Shown one piece after another: positions 1-9,330 of a stretch of 20,000 nt of DNA. This stretch comes from Tortispora ganteri. Taxonomy: Eukaryota. The position numbers and the translations under genes are program-made. Location of the stretch: NCBI GenBank assembly GCA_003707115.1, contig PPNB01000008.1, positions 304,084-324,083 on the forward strand, given 5' to 3'. Below the pieces are notes generated by a model. The model was not told the DNA's origin. It was given only the letters and a program-made list of their open reading frames with translations, and made no database searches. Each line of letters starts with the position of its first letter. The stretch's first letter is position 1.

Positions 1-165
1 CAATATTGACGACGACTTTGCTGATCTGTTTAAGATAAGATACTGTGTCGTTTCAGTGATGAAGCAAGTCAGCAAAACATGCATTCGCATGATTTAATTA
101 GACAAGTGTTAGCTATTTGGTTTTTAATTTTTTGTATATGTGTCGTGAAAAGTATTCAGACACAT

Positions 166-1212
166 TTAGTTAGGATCTTCTCTAGGATCACCAATGCCAT
201 CTTCGTAAATAGCAAACACAGCCTCACTTTCAGGCAAGCATGGCGAATCAACAATTCGACAAATACGCTGTTCACCTCTTCCCTTACGGAAATATAAACG
301 TGTAGTAGATGCATGTGCCATGATGTTACCGCCAATAGGTTTCTTCGGGTCCGGGTTGTACATGTTGCTCTGGCCATCGACCTGAGAAACTACCTGGTTA
401 GTGACGACCACAGCGACACCAAACTCATCGGCAAGTCTCTGCAGTACACGCAAAAATTTAGCAAGATGTCTTTGACGGTCGGCTAGTTCGCCACGACCGC
501 TGAAATCTGTGCGGTAAAGGGCCATTACCGAGTCCACAATCATTAAAGAGAATCGCGATTCAGTCATCATTTTTGCAGCTTGATCTAAAAACGCCATTTG
601 CATATCGGAATTATGTGCACGAGCATAAGCGACATTGTCCAACACATCATCGGCGTTCAGGCCGTATCTTTCAGCAATTGATTTAAGGCGGCCCGGTCGA
701 AACGTTCCCTCGGTGTCAATGAACAGACATTTTCCTTCGCCACCGCCCATATCAATAGGCAGCTGGCAGTTTACAGCTAAAGTGTGACATAACTGACTTT
801 TTCCCGTGCGGAACTCGCCGTAGATCTCCGTCACAGAGCCAGTTTCGATACCGCCCCCCAAAAGGTTATCAAGTTGCTTTGACCCGGTAGAGATGCAGAT
901 CAGGTCTTGCCTTCTGCGATCAAACTCTTTTGCAGTGGTAAATCCCATAGGAACTAGCTCGAGCGCTTCAGCAATCAGTTTATCGGCTTTAGCCTCAGAA
1001 ATGCCCTTGACACTGATGAGCTCTTTCTTTGTGCGAAAAGCGACCGATTCGACAGTGTTAAAACCACACTCTTGCAGGCGTTTAATATCGGCAGCTGTGA
1101 CTCCATTCTTCTCTAGTTTACTAATATGAACCGGACCATAGTCCTCTTCCTCCTCTATAGAGATTTGTTGGTTCTCAAAGTGGTTTTCTATAACAGTTTC
1201 TGCGGTTTCCAT
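166..1212 (-). CDS. RAD51: DNA repair/recombination recombinase Rad51 (348 aa, intronless)
   Basis: N-terminal HhH domain ([10 protein letters not shown]), polymerisation motif MGFTTA, Walker A GEFRTGKS, '[25 protein letters not shown]', Walker B LMIVD. The L2 loop is Rad51-type (QVDG...[14 protein letters not shown]), not Dmc1-type. Confidence 0.97.
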   Translation of the reverse strand: METAETVIENHFENQQISIEEEEDYGPVHISKLEKNGVTAADIKRLQECGFNTVESVAFRTKKELISVKGISEAKADKLIAEALELVPMGFTTAKEFDRRRQDLICISTGSKQLDNLLGGGIETGSVTEIYGEFRTGKSQLCHTLAVNCQLPIDMGGGEGKCLFIDTEGTFRPGRLKSIAERYGLNADDVLDNVAYARAHNSDMQMAFLDQAAKMMTESRFSLMIVDSVMALYRTDFSGRGELADRQRHLAKFLRVLQRLADEFGVAVVVTNQVVSQVDGQSNMYNPDPKKPIGGNIMAHASTTRLYFRKGRGEQRICRIVDSPCLPESEAVFAIYEDGIGDPREDPN

Positions 1213-1285
1213 TGTTTACGTGATCGCAGTTGGGAGACAGTCAAGTTCGCGCCAGCACGGTAATGGTGACGCATCAGACCGCGAT

Positions 1286-1295
1286 GTCACGTGAT
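1286..1295. promoter_or_regulatory. Cbf1/bHLH-type E-box (GTCACGTGAT) upstream of RAD51
   Basis: Exact RTCACGTG match about 75 bp upstream of the RAD51 ATG. CGCG cores (SCB/MCB-like) lie nearby at about 1248 and 1280. Confidence 0.4.
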
Positions 1296-2543
1296 CTATT
1301 ACTATTGCAGCTCATACCTTTCGAGTCCGCAGTAAACAGCGATAAACGCCAATATTACCAAAAGTTTTTGGCACATTGAAAACCAATAATGAATTTACTT
1401 TCATATACGGCAAAGCGAACTACTCTAGGTTATACTATCTGGTCGAATATATGAACTTTATTGTCAAACAGGAATCGATTGACCGACCTGCCAACTACTA
1501 ACGCCACCATAGCCATAATTGACTATAAATGGAAATTTGATTGATTATAGATAATGTAATTATTTTATTTGTTTATGTGTATTACATAAACTATTGATGA
1601 TATTGTGAGACATGTCAAGTCATGCGGGTGACTTAAACTATAGCCGACCAGCAATACACGATCATCTAAAATCAAAAGACTACAATGTTTGTTGAACAAC
1701 AAATAATGCTATAATTGCCTTACTAAATGTAATAAAATTTAGCAATTCAAGCTTATTATGTCATTCATTCAACTGGGCAGAAACTACAAAGGCAATGCAA
1801 TATTGTGGCTGATATTGGGCAACCCGAAAGATAGCCAATATATTATAGACAAAGACCGGTAAATACCGAAGGTTGGTTTGTTTATTTTCAAATTTTAATT
1901 TACAGGATCATTTAGGGTATTTGTCAGGTAATGTCTATGCCTGTGTTTTGCGAGACTAGAAGAGGGCTATCTTGTAATTGGCCGATCAATCAATTGATCG
2001 AATAGTTGGTCGCTTGTTTACGTACACTAGCCACTTCATGTGACCAACAATGGTTCAACATACAAGTCAATAGTTACTTTTGTTAAAGTATTTGCTTATA
2101 GTATCTCGGCTTAGTTTATAATATTGTATAAGCCAGCGTCTTGTTCCGCGTACTGACCAAGGGCTGTGAAGCAATGCAGTAGCATTGGGCGAATTCCAAG
2201 CTCGCGTAATGCAGCACCCATGTTGTCATAAGTATTATATAAAGTGTTGAATACTTTTTCTCACATATCTTATGACAATTAGATGTGGCATAGAGACATC
2301 GCTGAGAGCATTTCGAGCCGATCATCGAATGACACATCTCTCAGCTCGAATTTGTCCTTAAAACTGCCGAAACTCTTCTCGAAATCTATCAAGAACGAAA
2401 TAAATGATTGTACGCACAATTGGGCTTATAATCATACTCTGGATATTGTTCTGACTGAATCATATAATGACAGATACGCTTACGTTAGTAGATCAATCAT
2501 GAACCGATCAAAACCAACTTAACTTTCACCAACAATATACCAA

Positions 2544-4431
2544 ATGGTAAGTCGAGACTATTTTCTCTTATATACACACACTCCTAACACTCTAGTTTGC
2601 AATATTTCCTTTCATAATTACTATATTGGCAGTATTTATACTGATTCAACGGTTTATATCTATCAAAACCACCCCCCTATACATCTTCATCCCTATCTTC
2701 CTCGCCATATATATCCCTTCCTCTATCATAATCCTACTCCCTATTGACTTATCCTGTCAGTCATCTCATACCATCTTTTGCATATCAAATAAAATAATAC
2801 TCGCATTGTGGCGCATGCTTTACTGGCTCCAATTTGCCCTTACTTGGCTCATCCTCCCTATACTACAAGGATACGTAGAAAGTGGCCAAGACCTACCCTC
2901 CAGAAAGCTCGCCGATTCTCTTAGGTACAATGCAAAGTTCCAGCTCGCAATGCTCACAGCCGGTATAATCGGTATTATATATCTAACTATATCTGCCGGC
3001 CTCTCCCTTGCCTCCGTTAAAGCTCTCGCTATCGCTCTCTCGCACTGCTACACACTCATCGGCGCCATCTGGCTCCTGGGCCATGGCCTAGTTAACATCC
3101 CTCGAATGGTCATCGTCAAATCATTTCACCAACGCTATCTTAACCGTCTCTATAAGGCCGCTCCTCATGCTCACGATGCGTTCATGGACGCAGAGTCTGA
3201 CCTCACTGATATCTGTTCAGAGGTACTCGCTCTCGCTCCCGTCAAGGCTGGCGCCTTTGAAGAATGGATAGACTCTCTCCTCTCAATGATTCCTGCTACT
3301 GCCTCATCTCGCAATTTTAGGTCACCTGATCCCGCATCAATATCATCCAAATCTCTCGCTTCCTTATCCACCCGCCTTCAAGCCGTTAACAGGAGGCGGA
3401 TAAGAACCGAAGCAGAGTGGAACCAGCTTGTCCATACTGCTATCAAGACTCAGGAACTAGTCAATTCTCGTTCTACGCGGTCTTTGGTCTTCTCTGAATC
3501 TAAGAATCTCTTCAACCCGCGTATGTCTTACATTATCTATACCTTGATAGCTCCGTGGCTATCACGCCTAGCCGGTTCTGCATTGATCTTCTTATCGTCT
3601 GTTCTTGTCTCATCAGAAGTGACTCATGGTACGCGTCTAAATCTAATAGGGTTTACTGTTTCTCGTACTAGTGGACTTGGACAGCAAATGCTTTCGTCTG
3701 CAATCCTGCTCTACATGTGTCTTACCGCATTCTATAGTCTCTCTAAAGTCCGCGTTACTCAACTTTACTCAATTGTCAAAGGTCATACAGACTACAGTTC
3801 GGCGATATTCTACTCAATGTACTTGTGTCGTCTCACAATTCCACTGAGCTATAATTATCTCACTTTGCAATTGGATCGTTCGTCCATGTTCGAGGAGTTC
3901 TTGGGAAAATCTATCAATCTCAGCATCATCTCAGAATCAATCAACGATTGGCTACCGCGCTTTATCATGATCCCTGTGATTCTCACAGGATTTAACATTT
4001 ACGATAAACTTTCAAAGATTCTGGCCTATGATATTAATTTTGACGATGATGAAACCGGCGGCACCGAAGACTTTAATGTTGCTGAAGGTCGTGATCTTAT
4101 CACCCGCGAAATACAGTTGCGATCCTCTCTGTTATCTACACAATCAGTCTCTACCGAGACTTACAATGTTTCTGACTTCACACCTTCATATGCCGATCAT
4201 CCGACCTCTTCATTTTTACCTCATGAACGCTACATTGATCAGGAACCTGTGCCTGATAACACTGTGACTGAGCAACGAGATCCCGTGCAGCAATTTGGAT
4301 CAACAATCCGTGAAGGAGCAGAAAACGCTTTTCAGGGGGTGTCAAAGTTTGGTAAGTCGATCTCAGCGCGGTTCTCTGCACTCCGAAAAAAATCAAGTGC
4401 TCAACCCTCTGATTCCGTCCTACAAATCTAA
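2544..4431 (+). CDS. LMBR1-like (LMBRD2-type) multi-pass membrane protein; join(2544..2546,2596..4431), about 612 aa
   Basis: The ORF track starts at a TTG (2626). ATG at 2544 is followed directly by GTAAGT, and splicing to 2596 restores the frame (M-FAIFPFIITILAVFIL...). LMBR1-family hallmarks: 'LWRMLYWLQFALTWLILPILQGYVESG', 'LLGHGLVNIPR', 'YLCRLTIPLSYNYL'. Confidence 0.85.
2547..2595 (+). other. Spliceosomal intron (49 nt) directly after the start codon of the LMBR1-like gene
   Basis: Donor GTAAGT (2547), branch point TCCTAAC (2582-2588), acceptor TAG (2593-2595); phase 0, in frame with the downstream ORF. Confidence 0.85.
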
Positions 4432-4773
4432 GATAAACTGGCAGCTACTTCAATTGCCGGTCTTAGGGTTCAGGGCTTAAGCGCGTCTTCACATAATATG
4501 GGAAATATGTGTTGTCGCCCGGCCCCAGTAACACCATGACCCACACTGTGTGCCCTTTGCAACCTTTACCTGACAACAACCCGTAGAAATTTCAGAAGAA
4601 ATTAACTACGAACTCACGCATTACTTTCATAATCTGGTTCTGCTTTGCTGAGGAATACAGTGAATAAGACTTAATTGCGGGATATTGTTTGAAAGTTAGC
4701 TGTTCGTCTTAAAGGTTGCCTCGTGACAGTTATAACTCCCGCTATACCATAGGAGCTATCGCGTATGGCATAG

Positions 4774-6867
4774 ATGGACCATAGTATTGTTAATAAGCCG
4801 CGTGAAGAGCGGTCATATACGGAATTTTATCCCGACTTAGATTTGCAGGCGAAGCTACCAGTTTTTTCAAATACTGAAACTGATGATTTCCCGGACCACA
4901 AGCCAGATGATCTGGAACTTGCACACAAACCTAAACGGACGCGAATCAAATCGTCAAGTACTCTTGATCCTGTACTCACTGCGCGAATAAAACCTCCGCA
5001 CAAACCTTCGTTCAAGAAAATTACAAAATCATCTTTTTCATGTAATCGCGAAGATCTGGAATTATTGTCTACCGTTGGATACCACCACGATCACCAGCTT
5101 CCCCAGCCCTCGGGGTACTTTCGTGAACCCATTAATGATCCACGAATTCAGAACGACGCTTCATTGATCAGTGATAAAGCATTTGTTGTGGAATACGACA
5201 TGGATGAACAAGATAGTAAATTTCTTGAATCTATTAACTATCGCTGTGGCAAAGACGGATCTCCTACAATTTCCAACGAGCTCTTTGAAATGATTATGAC
5301 GAGCATTGAGAAGGAATGGTTCAAATTAGAGAAACAGATGATTCCGAAGAAACTGGAGTTCAAAAAACAGTTGCAGGAGGAAGACGATCTAGTCGATGCT
5401 AAGTGTGCTGTCTGTGACGATGGCGAGAGTGAAAATAATAACGCTATTGTGTTTTGCGATGGCTGTGATATCGCAGTACATCAAGACTGTTACGGAGTAC
5501 CGTTTATACCCGAGGGACAATGGATGTGCAGACGCTGTCTAATTGCTCCGAAATATAATATATCATGTATCCTGTGCCCGAACACTAATGGTGCTTTCAA
5601 ACGCACAGACAATAACAATTGGGCCCATTTGGCGTGCGCTATTTGGGTTCCAGAGACCACTATTGGGAATCTAGTATACATGGAGCCAATTCAAAACATA
5701 GAGAATATACCGAAGAGTCGCTGGAAACTGAATTGTTTTTTGTGCCACCAAAGAACAGGTGCTTGCATACAGTGTTACAACAAAACTTGTTTCACTGCAT
5801 TTCATCCTTCATGTGCTAGACGGGCCAAGCTCTACATGAACATGAGAGGAGGAGCGCAAGGTGCGATCCTTGATCCTAATGTGCTGGAAGCATTTTGTGA
5901 CAAGCACAGCCCTTCTGACTGGAAGAAGACGAATAATACAGATTATCATGTTTCTCGAATTCAGGACGAGTTCAAATACTCTGAAGTAGTTCGAAGTAAT
6001 CACCATCGAAAAGACTCATCTAACCCTAAAATCACGCTGCATATCAAATTGGGAAACAATAGGAACCAGCTTGTGAGGGTGTCAGATTTGACACTGGCGG
6101 AACGATGGAAAACTCCAGGAGGGGGTCCTGTTGTGCCGCGCAAGATATTTTTAGCAGTTTTAAACAGTATAAAGAATTTTGAATTTGGCAGGAAGCGTCA
6201 AATGCTAGCGGAAATCTGCCGCTACTGGACATTAAAACGAGAGATGAAAAGAGGAGCGGCTTTAATAAAACGGCTTCAAATGGAACTGGAAATGCTAACA
6301 GACCATTCGGACCTGTATGAATCAGAATTGAAAGAACGCAAAGAATTTGCAGAGACATTAAAGAAAGACGTTGAGCACCTGCGACACTTAACAGAGCTTA
6401 TCTGCTCGCGTGAAACACATTTGCTTGAAGTTGAGCAGCTTACTGGCCAGTGTATGGATATGGTATATAATTTCAGATCAATATTATGCCTGGAGGTTGT
6501 TGAATGGGCAATTAAAATGGATCGCAAACATACTCTCTGGCAATTGAAGGATTCAGAAAAGTTTAAAGAAGCATATCCTGACGTTAAAACACTTGACATT
6601 ATACTTACTGAGTGTAAGGATGGAATTGTGCAAGATTTTGATCAGCTAGAAGAGACTCTTCGTTTGTTTTATGTGTCAGCCCAAGCACATTTTGGTGATT
6701 CAGCAGAGCGGAAAGCAGCTTCTCGGAACTGGCTATCTTTAGTTCAATATTTGAAATCTGCGCGAAAACGAGAATCGAATATGGTGATTGACAAGGATAC
6801 TGGAAATTTGTGCATTGATAACGTTGGTGTGGATGACAGCTGTGATTATTCGTTTCTTGCCGTTTAA
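4774..6867 (+). CDS. NTO1: NuA3 histone acetyltransferase scaffold subunit Nto1 (BRPF/JADE family; EPL1-like + PZP domain), 697 aa
   Basis: N-terminal 'KPREERSYTEFYPDLD', EPL1-like 'VEYDMDEQD...IEKEWF', PHD 'CAVCDDGESENNNAIVFCDGCDIAVHQDCYGVPFIPEGQWMCRRC', Zn-knuckle/PHD2 'CILCPNTNGAFK...WAHLACAIW...GACIQC...AFHPSCA...FCDKH', and 'ICRYWTLKR...GAALIKRLQ'. Confidence 0.92.
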   Translation: MDHSIVNKPREERSYTEFYPDLDLQAKLPVFSNTETDDFPDHKPDDLELAHKPKRTRIKSSSTLDPVLTARIKPPHKPSFKKITKSSFSCNREDLELLSTVGYHHDHQLPQPSGYFREPINDPRIQNDASLISDKAFVVEYDMDEQDSKFLESINYRCGKDGSPTISNELFEMIMTSIEKEWFKLEKQMIPKKLEFKKQLQEEDDLVDAKCAVCDDGESENNNAIVFCDGCDIAVHQDCYGVPFIPEGQWMCRRCLIAPKYNISCILCPNTNGAFKRTDNNNWAHLACAIWVPETTIGNLVYMEPIQNIENIPKSRWKLNCFLCHQRTGACIQCYNKTCFTAFHPSCARRAKLYMNMRGGAQGAILDPNVLEAFCDKHSPSDWKKTNNTDYHVSRIQDEFKYSEVVRSNHHRKDSSNPKITLHIKLGNNRNQLVRVSDLTLAERWKTPGGGPVVPRKIFLAVLNSIKNFEFGRKRQMLAEICRYWTLKREMKRGAALIKRLQMELEMLTDHSDLYESELKERKEFAETLKKDVEHLRHLTELICSRETHLLEVEQLTGQCMDMVYNFRSILCLEVVEWAIKMDRKHTLWQLKDSEKFKEAYPDVKTLDIILTECKDGIVQDFDQLEETLRLFYVSAQAHFGDSAERKAASRNWLSLVQYLKSARKRESNMVIDKDTGNLCIDNVGVDDSCDYSFLAV

Positions 6868-7078
6868 AGCAACACGCCCAGGACTTAAAAACAAGCTAGT
6901 CAGCCGTATAACCAATTGTTAACAACTAAAAAAAGTGATATTATTTTATTATTTAAACAGAATAATGACATTTTTGGATAACAATTATCTTCAGCAGAGG
7001 CTTTCACTTATATAACTGTATATAGTGACGTGACACCATGTCACTACTCCCACCCCACCACCTTCACCATTTGCCATC

Positions 7079-8723
7079 ATGAAATTGGCGGTCTATGGAT
7101 TAGTAAGTACTCAATATATTGTATTTCTGTTATAATACATTAAAAATCTGAACCACTCCTGATTAGGTATGAATTAAAGAAAAAATATACTAACTTTCAC
7201 AGACCAGCACGCTTTTAGTCGTATCTGCCGTGTTCATAGCGTTCTACCAGCGCCCTAATTTCTATTCAGCGGCTATATATTTATCACAAAATAACATTGC
7301 TTTCTTGATTCTATGCAATCTAGCAGTTATGATAACTATATTTATTGAAAAGCTTGCTTTGAAAATATTTTTTGGCGATCTAAGGAGCCATGAGACCGAA
7401 CGACTCTATGAACAGCTCTGGTTCACAGGTATGGAGACAGGTTTGGCTCTAACTATATTCAGAGACGCCTTTGATTTGCGATTCCTTTCTGTACTTTTGC
7501 TTTTGATGTTTGTTAAAGTATTTCACTGGTTGATAACTGAAAGAATCAAGTATCTAGATCTCATTCCTGACAGGCAAAAGCTTTTGTTTCACATTAGATG
7601 CATTTCTACATTGACAATTCTGTTTCTGGTCGATGCTGTATTGATAGACTATTGCCTTCAAGACATGTTTAATAAGCGTGCAAACCAGATGATAATATTC
7701 GCCTTTGAGTTCGCTCTACTGGAGGTGCAGTGCTTCAGGAACATTTACCACTACGGTCTAGATTGTTATGAGGTTTACGTTTATCGTCGAATTTTGCGCG
7801 CCCAACTGCAGCGCGAGAATGACCTTGAGGGTGTTGAGACAATAGATGAAGAAGTTTGGGAACCGAAAATGCTGTACCTGTTCGTGTTCGACCTGTTCGC
7901 TGACGCGTTGAGCATCCTCATATATATGGCTTTTTTCGCCATAATCATATCCTTCTACGGTCTGCCACTACATATTGTCCGAGATGTATATAGAACTACA
8001 AGATCATTCATTACACGAATCCGGGATTTCATAAAGTACAGAAAAGCTGTCGAACAGATGAATTCCTGTTACGCCGATCCGACCCCTGAAGAACTCGATC
8101 GTGACAATGTTTGCATAATATGTCGCGAGGAGATGACTCTTAATCCTGATCAACGTACAAGGAGAAAACCAAAGAAACTACCATGTTCACATATTCTGCA
8201 TTTAGGCTGTTTGAAGAGCTGGCTGGAACGCCAACAACGTTGCCCCACCTGTCGACAGCCCGTCCAACCGGAAAGGTTTTCTAGCAGTTCAAGACCGCAA
8301 AATTCAGCTGTTCGACCTATAACTCAAATTTTTCAGCCCGCTCCTACGTCCACATCGTCAAATAGGCTAACTACCAGTGCTGATGCCAATGCCGATGCCG
8401 TTGATCATCGTGCGGCTGGCACGAGTAGCACAGTTTGGGCACCTAGCGTTCCAACATCCTCACACACGCCTCCTGTATCAAGTCACACAACCTCCGACGA
8501 ACAAGAGGATACAATCAATTGGCCCTTTGCATCTCCTGCTCCTGACGAATATATAGTATTCAAAATCAAAGACGCTGCAGATGGACCGGTAATTGTTTCT
8601 GGCAATACGCAGATTCCGTTAAGCACTTTGCAACAACAGGTGCCATTCTCTGTCATAAATATTGCCATGCCTGTACCGCCAGGATCGACATTTATTGCGC
8701 CTAACGTTCCAACATCACAATAA
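7079..8723 (+). CDS. HRD1: ERAD E3 ubiquitin ligase Hrd1/synoviolin; join(7079..7102,7203..8723), about 514 aa
   Basis: Spliced N-terminus MKLAVYGL|TSTLLVVSAVFIAFYQRPNFYSAAIYLSQN matches fungal Hrd1 starts. Also 'FFGDLRSHETERLYE', 'GLPLHIVRD', multiple TM helices, RING-H2 'CIICREEM...LPCSHILHLGCLKSWLERQQRCPTCR' and a Ser/Thr/Pro-rich tail. Confidence 0.93.
7103..7202 (+). other. Spliceosomal intron (100 nt) in HRD1
   Basis: Donor GTAAGT (7103), branch point TACTAAC (7188-7194), acceptor CAG (7200-7202); phase 0, joins in frame to the ORF at 7230. Confidence 0.9.
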
Positions 8724-9065
8724 TTGCACATTTAAAAAATAGCATCGCACTAATCTATTATCACTGACAATCGCATGTTTGTTCATTAGACTTTCCGGAT
8801 GCTCCCTCGGCGAGAAGTATTCCTATTGGTTGGAGCGGGTTACAGTGCACGGCTTTTAATGTTTTCTACTTCTAGTCATCGGACAAAAGTGGAGACCCTT
8901 GGTACTTAGTTGTTCCTTTCACTTGCTTATCAGTGACTTTGCGGTGGCTTTTTATATATCTCCTATAGAGAAAAAATTTTAATACAGCATAATATAAATT
9001 TATATTGAGCTGTAATTTTGTTCCCCAGTACATCTGTTGTTGTTTTCCATTGTTGTTTGCTAAAG

Positions 9066-9317
9066 GTACGTCTTCAATACTTCTCCCTCTCCCCCTCACA
9101 CTTCCATTCGTCCATAAAGCATTTAGGTGACTTTGAATATCGGAGTTACACTCTTATTTTTATATTTTACATCGCAATTCAGAGCTATTTAGCGCTTATT
9201 TACATTGACTGATATAGTATTGCTTAGCTTTATTATTCTATACTTGTGTTCAGTGACTATATCCTCGGCACGTCTAATGTCTCATCGGTCCGATTTCCAG
9301 TACTAACTTATCTGCAG
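9066..9317 (+). other. Probable 5'UTR intron (252 nt) of AGC1
   Basis: Donor AAG|GTACGT (9066), perfect TACTAAC (9301-9307), acceptor CAG (9315-9317), 13 nt before the ATG at 9331. There is no ATG in the preceding putative exon (about 9000-9065). The acceptor is more certain than the donor. Confidence 0.72.
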
Positions 9318-9330
9318 TTATTTTATTGTC

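Noticed and set aside
2..97. Open frame NIDDDFADLFKIRY...MI* at the window edge, possibly the end of an upstream gene; GTGATGA C-box-like motif at 56-62
   Set aside because: Too short to assign, no recognisable motif, and no matching downstream D box.
166..1212. Possible DMC1 assignment
   Set aside because: The L2 loop (QVDG, GGNIMAH), Walker A context and L1 Thr/His are Rad51-type.
2116..2522. Small ORFs 2116-2337 (-) and 2283-2522 (+)
   Set aside because: No recognisable domain; overlapping short frames in AT-rich intergenic DNA.
4463..4480. Telomere-like TTAGGGTTCAGGGCTTAA
   Set aside because: Only two degenerate units; not an array.
1915..4582. 15/17 inverted match GGGTATTTGTCAGGTAA (1915-1931) / TTACCTGACAACAACCC (4566-4582) flanking the LMBR1 gene, resembling transposon terminal inverted repeats
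   Set aside because: No exact target-site duplication (TTA versus GTA), no transposase, and it encloses a conserved housekeeping-type gene. By rough estimate a match of this quality is compatible with chance across several kb.
7164..7172. TAG|GTATGA inside the HRD1 intron, suggestive of a recursive or nested splice site
   Set aside because: No properly spaced branch point for the first half, and the second half would be only 36 nt.
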